The notes: a model not told the origin generated them from the letters alone. DNA of 64,000 nt from an uncultured candidatus Porisulfidus sp. (GCA_965199755.1 CBDASZ010000002.1:288001-352000); one strand, 5' to 3'; counted from the stretch's first letter, positions 1 to 10,866 are shown. Program-made: numbers and translations.

Positions 1-961
1 CTTCTTTCAGGCGCAACGCCCCCAGCATGAACTCAAACACCCGCTCCGAAGCAGAGCAAATCGTCCGCTCCGCCGTTGCATCGCCACACTCCACCGCATC
101 CATCCAAGCCTCCGGGCGTCTCACCTGCACTGTGCGCGATACCTCACCGGAAGAATCGGTCCATTTGCCGTGCGCCCCCGCGCCCAATCCCAGATAGTCG
201 CCATATTCCCAATAGTTGCGGTTATGGCGGCAAGCGAAACCCTCGCGGCTCCATGCGGAGACCTCATACTGAACATAACCTGCGCTGCGCAACAAAGCCG
301 CGCCTTGCTCAAACATTTCGCTCAACCGATCTGAGTCAGGAACGGGCGGCGGGCGTTTCGCAAACGGCGTGCCCGGCTCCAGCGTCAACTGATACCACGA
401 CACATGTTCAGGTGCATGTGCAATCGCACGTTTGAGATCTGACTCTGCCTGCTGCAGCGTCTGGTTCGGCAAGCCGAACATCACATCCAGATTGAGGTTC
501 GCAAAACCCGCCTGACGCGCCGCCGCCACTGCCGCCTCCGCATCCTGACAGTCATGCGCCCGACCCAACGCGCGCAAAGCATCATCTTGAAAACTCTGCA
601 CCCCAATCGACAAGCGGCTGACACTCGCCTCTCGATAGCCGGAAAAGCGCGCGCAATCGGCTGATTGCGGATTCGCTTCCAGCGTCACTTCCATCTCCTC
701 AGCGCACACAAAACCCGCCCGCACTTCTTCCAGAATCGTGCCAATCGCCTCTGCGGAAAATCGGCTCGGCGTCCCGCCGCCGAAGAACACACTCTCAAGC
801 GGCCGCTCTGTCACGCGGGCCGCATGTCTGCGCAATTCGTGACACACAGCATCGGTGTAGCGGTTCTCATCAAACGTCGCCGCGGCATGCGCGTTGAAAT
901 CGCAGTACGGACAACGTGACACACACCACGGAAGGTGCACGTACAGCGCCAGCGGGATCAT
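1..961 (-). CDS. hemW: Radical SAM heme chaperone HemW (HemN-like), runs off the left window edge
   Basis: Not in the ORF track because it is open at the edge. Reverse complement from ATG at 961 reads [25 protein letters not shown] (CxxxCxxC radical SAM motif). Start overlaps the rdgB stop, the usual rph-rdgB-hemW order. Confidence 0.92.
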   Translation of the reverse strand, partial: MIPLALYVHLPWCVSRCPYCDFNAHAAATFDENRYTDAVCHELRRHAARVTERPLESVFFGGGTPSRFSAEAIGTILEEVRAGFVCAEEMEVTLEANPQSADCARFSGYREASVSRLSIGVQSFQDDALRALGRAHDCQDAEAAVAAARQAGFANLNLDVMFGLPNQTLQQAESDLKRAIAHAPEHVSWYQLTLEPGTPFAKRPPPVPDSDRLSEMFEQGAALLRSAGYVQYEVSAWSREGFACRHNRNYWEYGDYLGLGAGAHGKWTDSSGEVSRTVQVRRPEAWMDAVECGDATAERTICSASERVFEFMLGALRLKE

Positions 962-1551
962 GTGTCTTCGCGCAAGCGGGCCACCAGCGCGCGTAGCGCC
1001 GCGCCCCGATGACTGAGTTGATTCTTTACTTCCGGCTCCAGTTCAGCAGAACTGCACTCATGCGTCGGTACATAAAACAGCGGGTCGTAGCCAAACCCAT
1101 TAGCGCCGCGCGGAGTCTCCAGAATGCGCCCCTCCCAACTCCCCTCGACCAGAACCGGGTCCGAATCATCTGACGCACGCACATATGCGATCACACAGCG
1201 ATATCGAGCGGTGCGGTGCGCCTCTGGCACATTACGCAATTCCTCCAGCATCAGGAGATTGTTGGCCTGATCATCGCAAGGCTCGCCCGCGTAGCGCGCC
1301 GAGTACACACCGGGACGGCCCCCCAGCGCATCGACTTCAATACCGGAATCATCAGCCAGTGCCGGCAGACCGGTCACGGTCGCCGCATGATGCGCCTTCA
1401 GCAACGCATTCTCCTCGAAAGTCTTCCCCGTCTCCTCAATTTCCTCAACTCCCAGCTCACCTTGTGTCACCAGTGCCCAGCCCAACGGGCGCAATAAGGC
1501 GTCCAGTTCCCGCAACTTGCCGGGATTGTTGCTCGCCAATACGCGCTTCAC
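958..1551 (-). CDS. rdgB: dITP/XTP pyrophosphatase (Ham1 family)
   Basis: [28 protein letters not shown] and SHRG motifs. Confidence 0.97.
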   Translation of the reverse strand: MKRVLASNNPGKLRELDALLRPLGWALVTQGELGVEEIEETGKTFEENALLKAHHAATVTGLPALADDSGIEVDALGGRPGVYSARYAGEPCDDQANNLLMLEELRNVPEAHRTARYRCVIAYVRASDDSDPVLVEGSWEGRILETPRGANGFGYDPLFYVPTHECSSAELEPEVKNQLSHRGAALRALVARLREDT

Positions 1552-2270
1552 GAAGTTCGGGCCTGTCGCTGCAATTCCATAATGTCACTGATGCCTGCCG
1601 CGGCCATGTCGAGCAAGCGGTTCAGTTCATCACGGCGAAACGCATGACCTTCCGCGGTGCCCTGCACTTCCACCAGCGCCCCCGCATCATTCATCACCAC
1701 GTTGATGTCCGCCTCAGCGGTGGAATCTTCCGCGTAATCCAGATCAAGCAGCAACTCGCCGCCGACAATACCAACAGAAATAGCCGCGATCTGTCCGTGA
1801 ATGGGCTGGGTGCGCAGGGTGCCCGCCTCAAGCAGACTATCCACCGCGCCCTGCATGGCCAAAAATGCGCCATTGATCGCCGCCGTGCGCGTACCGCCAT
1901 CAGCCTGCAACACATCGCAGTCCAGCGTCAGCGTATTCTCGCCGAGCGCCTTCAAATCAACGCAGGCGCGCAAAGCGCGCCCGATCAGACGCTGAATCTC
2001 CAGAGTGCGACCGCCCTGCTTGCCACTGCTGGCCTCACGGCGCATGCGCGTCCCGGTCGCGCGCGGCAGCATGCCGTATTCAGCCGTAACCCAGCCGCTT
2101 TGCTGACCGCGCAGCCAGCGCGGCACACTCTCCTCCCATGATGCGGTGCACAACACGCGGGTGTCCCCATGCTCGCACAACACGGAGCCTTCAGCATGGC
2201 GCGCATAGTCGCACTGGTAGCGTATCGGGCGCAGCTCGTCGGGCGAGCGACCACTGGGACGTTTGGGCAT
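1548..2270 (-). CDS. rph: Ribonuclease PH
   Basis: MPKRPSGR start at 2270; [23 protein letters not shown] and QADGGTRTA motifs. Confidence 0.97.
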   Translation of the reverse strand: MPKRPSGRSPDELRPIRYQCDYARHAEGSVLCEHGDTRVLCTASWEESVPRWLRGQQSGWVTAEYGMLPRATGTRMRREASSGKQGGRTLEIQRLIGRALRACVDLKALGENTLTLDCDVLQADGGTRTAAINGAFLAMQGAVDSLLEAGTLRTQPIHGQIAAISVGIVGGELLLDLDYAEDSTAEADINVVMNDAGALVEVQGTAEGHAFRRDELNRLLDMAAAGISDIMELQRQARTS

Positions 2271-2457
2271 GGTGAGCTTGGGTGGGATTTTGCGAAATAC
2301 AGAATACCAGAACTGGGATGCCGCCGCCATGTCATCGGCGACAGACGCCCGCCCTTTATAATCTGTCTGCGCCGACTGCCCACAATCTCTTCCAACACCG
2401 ACGCCGCATTGCGCACTGCTCTTATCACCCTTCGCCCTGTCTTGCCCTAGGGCCGCC

Positions 2458-3414
2458 ATGTCCCCGATATTTTTGTATGCCGCCGCCATTCTGGGAGGTT
2501 TTATCGCCTTGGCTTGGAGCGCGGATCATCTGGTCAAGGGCTCTTGCGAACTGGCGCAATTGTGGAACGTGCCGCACTTCGCCATTGGCGTCGTGATTCT
2601 TGGATTTGGCACCTCGCTTCCCGAACTGCTGGTGTCCGCCATCGCCGCAGCCCAGAACAGTGGCGGCATCGCCATCGGCAACGCGGTCGGCTCCAACATC
2701 GCCAACATCGCGCTGATCCTGGGCGTCTCCGCGCTGCTCGCGCCCCTGACGGCAGACCGGCTGGTGGTGCGGCGCGACCTGCCGCTGATCCTGTTCGCCT
2801 CCGCCGCCGTGTTTCTGGCCTTGTCGGATCTCGCGCTAAGCCGTCTGGAAGGTGGCCTCTTGCTGCTGGCGCTGCTCGGCGTCATTGGCTGGATCGTGCG
2901 CAGCGGTCAGGCCAGTGCGCCAATCATCAGCAGTTCGCAAACCAGCTCCATGCCGCATGCCGTCTTGTGGACACTGCTGAGTCTGCTGCTGTTGCTGGGC
3001 AGTGCCTGGGTGTTGGTCTGGGGCAGCACTGGCTTGGCGCGCAGTTTTGGCATCAGCGAGCTGGTCATTGGCCTGACGCTGATCGCTATCGGCACCTCAC
3101 TGCCTGAACTGGCCGCGTCCGTCGCCTCACTGCGCCATCCCGCCGGCAGCAGTCTCATTCTCGGCAACGTGATCGGCTCGAATCTGTTCAACACGCTGGG
3201 CGTGGTAGGCTTGCCGGCCGTCATCCGGCCCTTCTCTGTGGACAGCATGCTGTTTCAGGACGCCCTTTTCATGCTGCTTCTGACGGCGGGTCTGGGCGGC
3301 TTGCTGCTGTACCGAAGCCATCTGCGTCTGCACCGCGGCGGTGCGATAATTCTGCTGCTGTGCTATATAGGATATATGGGATGGAACGCCGAACGGATGG
3401 TGGGGCTGACATGA
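2458..3414 (+). CDS. yrbG: Ca2+/Na+ antiporter family protein (YrbG-like)
   Basis: Two GTSLPEL alpha repeats, GNAVGSN/GNVIGSN, many transmembrane segments; upstream of kdsD. Confidence 0.9.
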   Translation: MSPIFLYAAAILGGFIALAWSADHLVKGSCELAQLWNVPHFAIGVVILGFGTSLPELLVSAIAAAQNSGGIAIGNAVGSNIANIALILGVSALLAPLTADRLVVRRDLPLILFASAAVFLALSDLALSRLEGGLLLLALLGVIGWIVRSGQASAPIISSSQTSSMPHAVLWTLLSLLLLLGSAWVLVWGSTGLARSFGISELVIGLTLIAIGTSLPELAASVASLRHPAGSSLILGNVIGSNLFNTLGVVGLPAVIRPFSVDSMLFQDALFMLLLTAGLGGLLLYRSHLRLHRGGAIILLLCYIGYMGWNAERMVGLT

Positions 3415-4391
3415 CCGGGAAAACTCAGGATATAGATATTCTGGAATCCGCGCACGAAGTATTGGCGCTGGAATCTGAAACCTTGCGCCATCAGGCCGAG
3501 CGGCTGGATGCGTCTTTCGCCGATTGCTGCCGACTGCTGGCCAGCTGCAGCGGGCGCATTATTGTCATCGGCATGGGCAAGTCCGGGCATATCGGCCAGA
3601 AGATCGCCGCCACCTTCGCCAGCACCGGCTCGCCGGCCTTTTTCGTGCATCCTGCCGAAGCCAGTCACGGCGATCTGGGCATGATCCTGCCCAACGATGT
3701 CGCGCTGGCCTTGTCTCATTCCGGCGAAACCCCGGAGCTGCTGAGTCTGATACCGCGTCTGCATCAACTGGGCGTGGCGCTGATCGCCATGACCGGATCT
3801 CACCAGTCCACGCTCGCACGCAGCGCCACCTTGAGTCTAGAGTTGTCGATTGAACGCGAGGCCTGTCCGCTCAACCTGGCCCCGACCTCCAGCACCACTG
3901 CGGCGCTGGCAATGGGTGACGCGCTGGCGATCACCTTGATGCGTCTGCGCGGCTTCAAGGAAGAAGATTTCGCAGTCACGCATCCGGGCGGCAACCTCGG
4001 CAAGCGTCTGCTGACTACGGTCGGTGACCTGATGCGCCAGGACGATCAGATCCCGCGGGTTCTGGCGAGCGCCCTGTTGCGCGACGCGCTGCCTGAAATT
4101 TCCAGCAAAGGCCTCGGCATGACCACCGTGCTGGACGAAAACGAACAACTGGTCGGCGTGTTCACCGACGGCGACCTGCGTCGCAGTCTGGCGGACGCGG
4201 TGGACATTCATGCGGTGACCGTGGCCGAAGTGATGACGCGCGAGTTTCAGCACGCCGAGCCTTCAGAACTCGCGGTTGACGCCTTGCACCGCATGCGCGA
4301 TCATCACATCAATGCCATGCCGGTATTGCGCGACGACCAACTGGTCGGGGCCTTCAACATGCACGATCTCCTCACCGCCGGCATCCGATGA
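3411..4391 (+). CDS. kdsD: Arabinose-5-phosphate isomerase (SIS domain plus 2 CBS domains)
   Basis: GMGKSGHIG, HPAEASHGDLG, APTSSTT and HPGG motifs, followed by a CBS pair. Confidence 0.96.
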   Translation: MTGKTQDIDILESAHEVLALESETLRHQAERLDASFADCCRLLASCSGRIIVIGMGKSGHIGQKIAATFASTGSPAFFVHPAEASHGDLGMILPNDVALALSHSGETPELLSLIPRLHQLGVALIAMTGSHQSTLARSATLSLELSIEREACPLNLAPTSSTTAALAMGDALAITLMRLRGFKEEDFAVTHPGGNLGKRLLTTVGDLMRQDDQIPRVLASALLRDALPEISSKGLGMTTVLDENEQLVGVFTDGDLRRSLADAVDIHAVTVAEVMTREFQHAEPSELAVDALHRMRDHHINAMPVLRDDQLVGAFNMHDLLTAGIR

Positions 4392-4858
4392 AACCTGAAC
4401 AGGCCCGACTGCTGCTGCTGGACGTAGATGGCGTGCTCACGGACGGACACCTGTGGCTGCATCCTGATGGCACTGAGACCAAATGCTTTCACGTGCACGA
4501 CGGTCTGGGACTGGTCCAGGTGCTGCGCGCCGGCCTATCCGTGGTCGTCATCAGTGCGCGCGCAAGCGCCATTGTGGAGGAGCGCATGCGCGAACTCGGC
4601 GTCACCGAAGTGCATCTGGGTGTGGAGGACAAATACGCTTGCGCCTGCGGTGTGCTGGAACGGTTGGGCTGTTCCTGGGACACAGTGGTGTGCGTGGGAG
4701 ACGATCTGGTGGACCTGCCGATGATGGAAGCCGCCGGCGTCGCCGTGGCAGTGGCGGACGCGCGCGTGCAGGCCCAACACGCTGCGGACTGGGTGACACC
4801 AAACCGGGGCGGGCGCGGCGCAGTACGCGATGTCTGCGACTGGCTGCTACAGACATGA
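4388..4858 (+). CDS. kdsC: KDO 8-phosphate phosphatase (HAD family)
   Basis: LDVDGVLTDG, VGDDLVD and GGRGAVR motifs. Confidence 0.95.
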   Translation: MKPEQARLLLLDVDGVLTDGHLWLHPDGTETKCFHVHDGLGLVQVLRAGLSVVVISARASAIVEERMRELGVTEVHLGVEDKYACACGVLERLGCSWDTVVCVGDDLVDLPMMEAAGVAVAVADARVQAQHAADWVTPNRGGRGAVRDVCDWLLQT

Positions 4859-5904
4859 ATTGGCACGCCCTCCGCCCGTCACTGCTGCTGGGTGTGCTTC
4901 TCGCCAGCAGCGCGGTGCTGCTGTGGTCCCTGCGCGACGCTGCGCCGCCACCGCCGCAGCTGGGCGATGCCGCGGCCGACAACAGCTTCTCTCAGGTGTC
5001 CTATCAAATGCGCGACGCGCAGGGCCTTCCGGTCTACCGCATCTTTGCGGAGCAACTCGACCAGTTCTCCGAGTCTCAACAGGTGCTGCTACAGCAACCG
5101 CATTTGGCGTGGCTCAGTCACGGCTATGAGAACTCCTGGGGCAAAGCCGAGCGCGGCGTCATCCGGCAATCGACACTGGAATTGCGCGAAGCAGTCACCC
5201 TGATGGTGGAACGCCCGAACGGCTCGCCCGCCTTGCTGCAAGGGGCCTCACTGGTGCTGGAGCCGGATGAGGATCGCATTCACAGCACGCAAGAGGTCAT
5301 TCTCAGCAGTCCGCAAACCACCATGCGCGGCACAGGGCTGGAATACTGGATGGCGCGCGGCGGCGGGCGGCTGCATAAGGATGTGTTGACCCGGCATTTC
5401 TCAACTTTGCTCGACAGTCCGAGTTACCCGTTGCTGCGCCAGATTGCCGAAGCCGGCTTCTCGGCCGCGCACGCCGCCGATGACACCGGTGATCTGGAGG
5501 TCAGCGCCGATCAGATTGAGTGGGACATTAACAAGAAGATTTATGTCTACCGCGGCAACGTGCGCGCCATGCGCGACACGCTGGTGCTGGCGGCCGACAC
5601 GCTGTCGGTGTTCTCAGAGGACGGCAAGGTGCAGCGCCTGCTTGCCGAAGGCGACGCGACCTGGACGCAGCGGCTCGACTCCGGGGATCCCATGCACGCA
5701 ACGGCCGAGCAAATTTCATACGAAATCAGCCACCGCAAGGTGGTACTCAAACAGCAGGTCGAACTGCGCTCCGGGGATGTTGAGTTTGCCGGCGACAAGG
5801 TCATCTGGCTGCTCGACGAAAACCGCATCGCCGCCGGAGCGACTCCCGGCGACCAAGGGAAGCAAAAGCGCCAGCGCGTGCGCATTCGCCTGAATACAGA
5901 CTAG
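4855..5904 (+). CDS. Fused LPS transport protein LptC-LptA (about 349 aa)
   Basis: One uninterrupted ORF between kdsC and lptB. It has an N-terminal TM anchor and LptC-like beta-jellyroll (to about LHKDVLTR), then an LptA/OstA-like domain (LEVSADQ..YRGNV..LAADTL..GDKV..RVRIRL). Confidence 0.85.
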   Translation: MNWHALRPSLLLGVLLASSAVLLWSLRDAAPPPPQLGDAAADNSFSQVSYQMRDAQGLPVYRIFAEQLDQFSESQQVLLQQPHLAWLSHGYENSWGKAERGVIRQSTLELREAVTLMVERPNGSPALLQGASLVLEPDEDRIHSTQEVILSSPQTTMRGTGLEYWMARGGGRLHKDVLTRHFSTLLDSPSYPLLRQIAEAGFSAAHAADDTGDLEVSADQIEWDINKKIYVYRGNVRAMRDTLVLAADTLSVFSEDGKVQRLLAEGDATWTQRLDSGDPMHATAEQISYEISHRKVVLKQQVELRSGDVEFAGDKVIWLLDENRIAAGATPGDQGKQKRQRVRIRLNTD

Positions 5905-5906
5905 GC

Positions 5907-6692
5907 ATGGCCAGCGACACCCCGAACCGCCAACCGCCCCCGCTGGAGGAATCCATGAGCGCCACCGCCCTCATTGAGTTGTGCGTGTTGCGGCTCAGCA
6001 AGTTTTATCGCCAACGCGAGGTGGTCGCGGACGTCTCGCTACGCGCCCGTAATCACGAGATCATCGGCTTGCTCGGTCCCAACGGTGCCGGCAAGACCAC
6101 CTGTTTCTACATGATTGCAGGCCTGGTGCCCTGCGACGATGGTTCAATCTGGCTTGACGGCGACAACATCACTAACATCTCCATGAGCGCGCGTGCGCAG
6201 CGCGGCATTGGCTACCTGCCGCAGGAGGCATCCATCTTCCGCCGTCTGACGGTCGCCGAGAACATTCTCGGCGTGCTGCAACAACTGCCGCTATCGGCGG
6301 ACGAACAGTGCACACGGCTGGAGACGCTGCTTGATGAGTTTTCCATCACGGAGATTCGCGACAGTTACGGCTACACGCTGTCCGGCGGCGAGCGCCGCCG
6401 GGTGGAGATCGCACGCACGCTGGCGACGGAGCCTTCGTTCATTCTGCTGGACGAACCTTTCGCCGGCATCGACCCCCTGCACATCGCCGATCTCAGGGAC
6501 ATGATTTTACAGTTGCGTGAGAAGGACATCGGCATCATCATCACCGACCACAATGTCCGTGAAACCCTCAGCATCTGCGACCGCGCGTATATTCTGGCCT
6601 CAAGCCGCGTCATTGCTGAAGGCACGCCGGAGGAAATCCTGCAAAACGAGCAGGTGCGCGAAACCTATCTGGGCGAGGACTTTGTGCTGTAG
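5907..6692 (+). CDS. lptB: LPS export ABC transporter ATPase
   Basis: [41 protein letters not shown] and YLGEDF motifs; alternative start at 5955. Confidence 0.96.
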   Translation: MASDTPNRQPPPLEESMSATALIELCVLRLSKFYRQREVVADVSLRARNHEIIGLLGPNGAGKTTCFYMIAGLVPCDDGSIWLDGDNITNISMSARAQRGIGYLPQEASIFRRLTVAENILGVLQQLPLSADEQCTRLETLLDEFSITEIRDSYGYTLSGGERRRVEIARTLATEPSFILLDEPFAGIDPLHIADLRDMILQLREKDIGIIITDHNVRETLSICDRAYILASSRVIAEGTPEEILQNEQVRETYLGEDFVL

Positions 6693-6735
6693 ATCGGCAG
6701 TCCAAAACCGGAGCCGACGGCGGGGATGTGAACTG

Positions 6736-6741
6736 TATAAT
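6736..6741 (+). promoter_or_regulatory. Putative sigma70 -10 box upstream of hpf
   Basis: Perfect TATAAT 37 nt before the hpf ATG; GGAG Shine-Dalgarno before 6779. Confidence 0.45.
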
Positions 6742-6778
6742 GGAAGCACTTGCATTTGACGGATTCGCGGAGCACTTT

Positions 6779-7099
6779 ATGAACCTTAAGTTGACCGGAC
6801 ATCATCTCGACATTACCGACCCGCTTCGCGAGCATATCAACACCAAATTCAAACGCCTCACCCGACATTTTGACGATGTCCTCGACAGTCAGTTGACCCT
6901 GTCCGTCGAACACGACACTCATCGCGCCGAAGCGACCTTGCATGTTCGCCAGCACCACGTCCACGCGCGTGCCGAAGACTCTGACATGTACAGCGCCATC
7001 GACACCCTGACGGGAAAGTTGGATCGGCAGCTACTGAAATACAAGGAGAAACATAAGGATCATCACCAGAGCCAAGTCACGCATCACCAAATTAACTGA
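6779..7099 (+). CDS. hpf: Ribosome hibernation promoting factor (HPF/RaiA)
   Basis: MNLKLTGHHLDIT..AEATL..DMYSAID..LDRQL..K pattern. Confidence 0.94.
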   Translation: MNLKLTGHHLDITDPLREHINTKFKRLTRHFDDVLDSQLTLSVEHDTHRAEATLHVRQHHVHARAEDSDMYSAIDTLTGKLDRQLLKYKEKHKDHHQSQVTHHQIN

Positions 7100-7107
7100 G
7101 GAGCGCC

Positions 7108-7560
7108 ATGTATGGCATTCTGGAGTTGCTGCAGCCTGGCAGGATATTGTTGCAGCAGCGCTTAAAAAGCCGCAAGCGCACCTTGGAGACTCTAGGTGCC
7201 TTACTGAGTCACGATATGCCGCAAACTGAACCCCGCATGCTAAGCGACCTGCTGATGGAGCGCGAACGTCTCGGCAGCACCGGCTGGGGCAATGGCATCG
7301 CCATCCCGCACTGCCGCATTCCGGCGTCGGAGCGTTTCTCCTGCGCCGTGCTGACGCTGGAGCAAGGTATCGACTTCGAGGCCGCGGACAACCAGCCGGT
7401 CGATGTGTTTCTCGGCATTGGCGCGCCGGAACAGAAAACCGACACGCATCTGGAGTACCTCAAGCAGGCCGCCGAGTTGCTGAGCGACCCGGAAAAACTC
7501 GAACTGCTACGCAGCAGTCATGACCCGCAGCGCCTGCTGGACGCCTTGCGCCAGAGTTAA
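7108..7560 (+). CDS. ptsN: PTS IIA-Ntr-like protein
   Basis: RERLGSTGWGNGIAIPH phospho-His motif; position between hpf and rapZ. Confidence 0.9.
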   Translation: MYGILELLQPGRILLQQRLKSRKRTLETLGALLSHDMPQTEPRMLSDLLMERERLGSTGWGNGIAIPHCRIPASERFSCAVLTLEQGIDFEAADNQPVDVFLGIGAPEQKTDTHLEYLKQAAELLSDPEKLELLRSSHDPQRLLDALRQS

Positions 7561-7564
7561 CCCC

Positions 7565-8434
7565 ATGCACTTCTTCATCATCAGCGGTTTGTCCGGTTCC
7601 GGCAAATCCGTCGCCCTGGGGACGCTTGAGGACCACGGCGCACATTGCGTCGACAACCTGCCGCCGAGCTTGCTGCTGGAATACGCGCGCGGGCTGATGC
7701 GCGAGGATTCCCCCTACCCGAAGCAGGCCGCGATCGGAATGGATGCGCGCAGTCTGCCGGAAGTGCAAGCCCTGCCTGAGGTGCTACGACAGCTGCGCGA
7801 CATGGCCTGCGCCGTCACCGTGGTCTTTCTGGATGCCGACAACGATGTTCTGATCCGGCGCTATAACGATACCCGCCGCCGCCATCCGCTGGCCGAGCAA
7901 GCGCCCACGCTACGGGACGCTGTGCAACAGGAACGTGACTGTCTGGCGGAACTTGCGGAGATCGCCGACTGGCGGCTGGATACCTCGCACACCAACATCC
8001 ATGAATTGCGCGCGATGCTGCGCAAGCGTCTGAACCTGGATGGCGCGCCGGTCTCAGTGCTGTTACAATCATTCGCCTACCGCCGTGGTGTGCCGAGCGA
8101 CTCGGACTTTGTGTTTGACTCGCGCTGCCTTCCCAACCCACATTGGGTGCCGGAACTGCGCGCACGCAACGGTACCGAACAAGAAGTGCACGCCTACCTT
8201 AGCGCGCAAACTCCGGTGACGGAAATGCTGGAAGGAATTTACAGATTTTTACAGTGTTGGCTCCCTGCGTTTCTGGAGGCCAGCCGCCACTACCTCAACA
8301 TCTCCATCGGCTGTACCGGCGGGCAGCACCGCTCGGTGTATCTGGTCGAACAGCTGGCGCAGCGCTTTAGTGATGATACGCGCCTGCATCTGACTGTGCG
8401 CCACCGGGATCTGAAAGCAGAGGTACTCTCGTGA
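7565..8434 (+). CDS. rapZ: RNase adapter protein RapZ
   Basis: SGLSGSGKS P-loop, VDNLP, TRRRHPL, LPNPHW and GCTGGQHRSV motifs. Confidence 0.96.
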   Translation: MHFFIISGLSGSGKSVALGTLEDHGAHCVDNLPPSLLLEYARGLMREDSPYPKQAAIGMDARSLPEVQALPEVLRQLRDMACAVTVVFLDADNDVLIRRYNDTRRRHPLAEQAPTLRDAVQQERDCLAELAEIADWRLDTSHTNIHELRAMLRKRLNLDGAPVSVLLQSFAYRRGVPSDSDFVFDSRCLPNPHWVPELRARNGTEQEVHAYLSAQTPVTEMLEGIYRFLQCWLPAFLEASRHYLNISIGCTGGQHRSVYLVEQLAQRFSDDTRLHLTVRHRDLKAEVLS

Positions 8435-8835
8435 ATCTCGGCATTCTGCTCGTCACACATCGCGACATTGGCAAGCACATGCTCGACATCGCGTCGATTA
8501 TCTTCGCGAAGAAACTTGACAACTGTGAGGCCCACAGCATCATTGAAGACACCCCACCCGATGAGATACTCGACTCCCTGCGAAGACTACGCGACCAGAT
8601 GGATTGCAGTCAGGGAATGCTAATTCTGACGGACCTATGCGGCGCGACACCCTACAATGTAGCACGCAGACTTATGTTGGAAACACCCGGTGCCATTTTA
8701 ATTTCAGGCATTAACCTGCCGATGGTCGTCAAACTTTTTAACCTGCAACAACAAAATCGATCTCAACTCGCTGAGAGCTTGGCGTCCAATAGCCGGATGG
8801 GCATTCTGATCGAAGCGGAGGATGGAAATGATTGA
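8431..8835 (+). CDS. PTS EIIA, mannose/fructose type
   Basis: ILLVTH, LTDLCGATPYN and GINLPM motifs. Confidence 0.88.
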   Translation: MNLGILLVTHRDIGKHMLDIASIIFAKKLDNCEAHSIIEDTPPDEILDSLRRLRDQMDCSQGMLILTDLCGATPYNVARRLMLETPGAILISGINLPMVVKLFNLQQQNRSQLAESLASNSRMGILIEAEDGND

Positions 8836-9109
8836 AAAAGATGCCATCGTTAGCAACAAGCTCGGGTTGCACGCCCGCGCCGCTGCGCAACTGGTGCAGG
8901 TCTGCAGTTCCTACTCTTCCCAGTTGGAAATTGAAAAGTCTGGCAAACGGGCCAATGCCAAAAGTATCATGAGTGTAATGATGTTGGCCGCGACCCACTG
9001 CACCCCAGTACGCTTATACGCAAGCGGGAGCGATGAAGAAGAAGCGATGAACGCCATGATGGCGTTGTTCGAAAGCGGATTTGGAGAAGGCGCTGAACCA
9101 TGCCCATGA
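8828..9109 (+). CDS. ptsH: HPr/NPr phosphocarrier
   Basis: NKLGLHARAAA (His15), NAKSIMSVM (Ser46) and GFGE motifs; alternative start at 8822. Confidence 0.9.
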   Translation: MIEKDAIVSNKLGLHARAAAQLVQVCSSYSSQLEIEKSGKRANAKSIMSVMMLAATHCTPVRLYASGSDEEEAMNAMMALFESGFGEGAEPCP

Positions 9110-10836
9110 TCATTAATGGCATTGGCGTCTCTCGGGGCGTCAGCCAGGGTCGCGCCTACATGCTGGATCGCAACCTCAAAGGAATCAAACGGCACAAAAT
9201 CACGGAAGCAGAAGTAGAACAGGAAATCGAGCGCATCCGGGTGGCGCGCGAGAAGGCCAAGGAACAATTAAAGGAAGCGCACAGTCTGGTGCCGGACGCG
9301 CTGGTCAGCGATCTCGGCAGTTTTATCGACACGCATCTGATGATGCTTGACGATGCCATGCTGACCGACCAGCCGCCAGAAATTATCCGCAACGAACTGT
9401 GCAACGCGGAATGGGCGCTGCAAGAAACAATGCAGCAAGTCATCACCGTGTTCGACAGCATGGACGATCCGTATCTGCGCACCCGCAAGGACGATGTCGA
9501 ACACGTCATCAAGAAGATTCAGGAAAACCTCGCCGAAGGCGCTGATGAGAAACTGCTGGAGCGCAACCGAGACCTGACCGGCTGCATCGTCATCGCCGAC
9601 GATCTGACGCCGGCAGACACCGTTTTCATTCAGCACCAGAATGTCGCCGGCTTCATCACCGCCGTCGGCAGCACTATGTCCCATACCGCCATTCTGGCCC
9701 GAAGCCTGCAGATTCCGGCGATTGTCGGCATCCATGACGCCAAGTACCTGCTCGACAATGGCGAAACCCTGCTGGTGGACGGCTCCGGCGGCACCATCAT
9801 GTCGGCAGCCTCGGACCTGTTGATCAATCAGTACCGCATCTACCAGCGCACCGAACAGGAACGCCACGAGCGCCTGATGGAACTTCGGGACAAGCCGGCG
9901 CTTACGCGAGACCACCAGCATATCTCACTGAAGTGCAACATCGATCTGGTGCAGGAAGTGGATGCCGTGCATGAAGTTGGCGCGGCCGGCGTCGGTCTGT
10001 ACCGCACCGAGTTTTTCTACATTAATCGGGACACCGAAGCCACCTGCGACGAACAATATGAGATCTATCGCGAAATGGTGCACGCGCTCGACGGCAAGCC
10101 GTTGACGATCCGCACGCTGGATCTCGGCGCGGACAAGGAGTTTGATCCGACCTATCGCGGTGTCGTGGCACCAAACCCGGCGCTCGGACTGCGCGCAATT
10201 CGCCGCTCATTGCAAAACACCAGCATGTTCCTCAATCAGTTGCGCGCCATCCTGCGCGCCTCCGCGCACGGCCCGGTGAAGATCATGCTGCCCATGCTGA
10301 CCAACGCCTTCGAGTTGACGGAAAGTCTGAAACTGCTGGAAAAATGCAAACAGGGCATGGAAGACGACAATGTCGCCTACGACTCCGAAGTGCAAATCGG
10401 CGCGATGATCGAAGTCCCGGCCGCGGCGCTGTCCGCCGCGACCTTCGCACGCCGACTCGACTTCCTCTCGATTGGCACCAACGACCTGATCCAGTACACG
10501 CTGGCCATCGACCGCGTGGACGACCAGGTGCATTATCTGTTCGATCCTCTGCACCCGGCGGTGCTGCAGTTGATCCATCACACCATCATGGCAGCGGTGC
10601 GCGTGCAAAAGCCGGTCGGCATGTGCGGTGAAATGGCCGGCAACCCGAAAATGACCCGGTTGCTGGTCGGTCTGGGACTGCGCGAGTTCAGCACCAACCC
10701 TTCCCTGCTGCCCGAAATCAAGCAGATCATTCGAGACATATCCTTTGGTGACGTGCGCGAGAAAGCAGAAGCCATCATGAATTCCGAACAGCCTGAACAA
10801 ATCAACGAGATGGTCCACTCCCTGAATAGCATGTAA
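9100..10836 (+). CDS. ptsI: PTS enzyme I, without a GAF domain
   Basis: SHTAILARS, GVGLYRTEF, IRTLDLGADK, NPALGLRAIR, SIGTNDLIQY and MCGEMAG motifs; 578 aa. Confidence 0.94.
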   Translation: MPMIINGIGVSRGVSQGRAYMLDRNLKGIKRHKITEAEVEQEIERIRVAREKAKEQLKEAHSLVPDALVSDLGSFIDTHLMMLDDAMLTDQPPEIIRNELCNAEWALQETMQQVITVFDSMDDPYLRTRKDDVEHVIKKIQENLAEGADEKLLERNRDLTGCIVIADDLTPADTVFIQHQNVAGFITAVGSTMSHTAILARSLQIPAIVGIHDAKYLLDNGETLLVDGSGGTIMSAASDLLINQYRIYQRTEQERHERLMELRDKPALTRDHQHISLKCNIDLVQEVDAVHEVGAAGVGLYRTEFFYINRDTEATCDEQYEIYREMVHALDGKPLTIRTLDLGADKEFDPTYRGVVAPNPALGLRAIRRSLQNTSMFLNQLRAILRASAHGPVKIMLPMLTNAFELTESLKLLEKCKQGMEDDNVAYDSEVQIGAMIEVPAAALSAATFARRLDFLSIGTNDLIQYTLAIDRVDDQVHYLFDPLHPAVLQLIHHTIMAAVRVQKPVGMCGEMAGNPKMTRLLVGLGLREFSTNPSLLPEIKQIIRDISFGDVREKAEAIMNSEQPEQINEMVHSLNSM

Positions 10837-10866
10837 TCGCCGTGTCCGGCGCACACGGCTCCCGCC

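Noticed and set aside
2271-2489. Long N-terminal extension of rph in the ORF track
   Set aside because: RNase PH homology starts at MPKRPSGR (2270); the extension crosses the divergent promoter region and the yrbG start.
4483-4854. N-terminal extension of the 473-aa ORF over kdsC
   Set aside because: Arg/Gly-rich shadow frame overlapping kdsC; the plausible start is ATG 4855, overlapping the kdsC stop.
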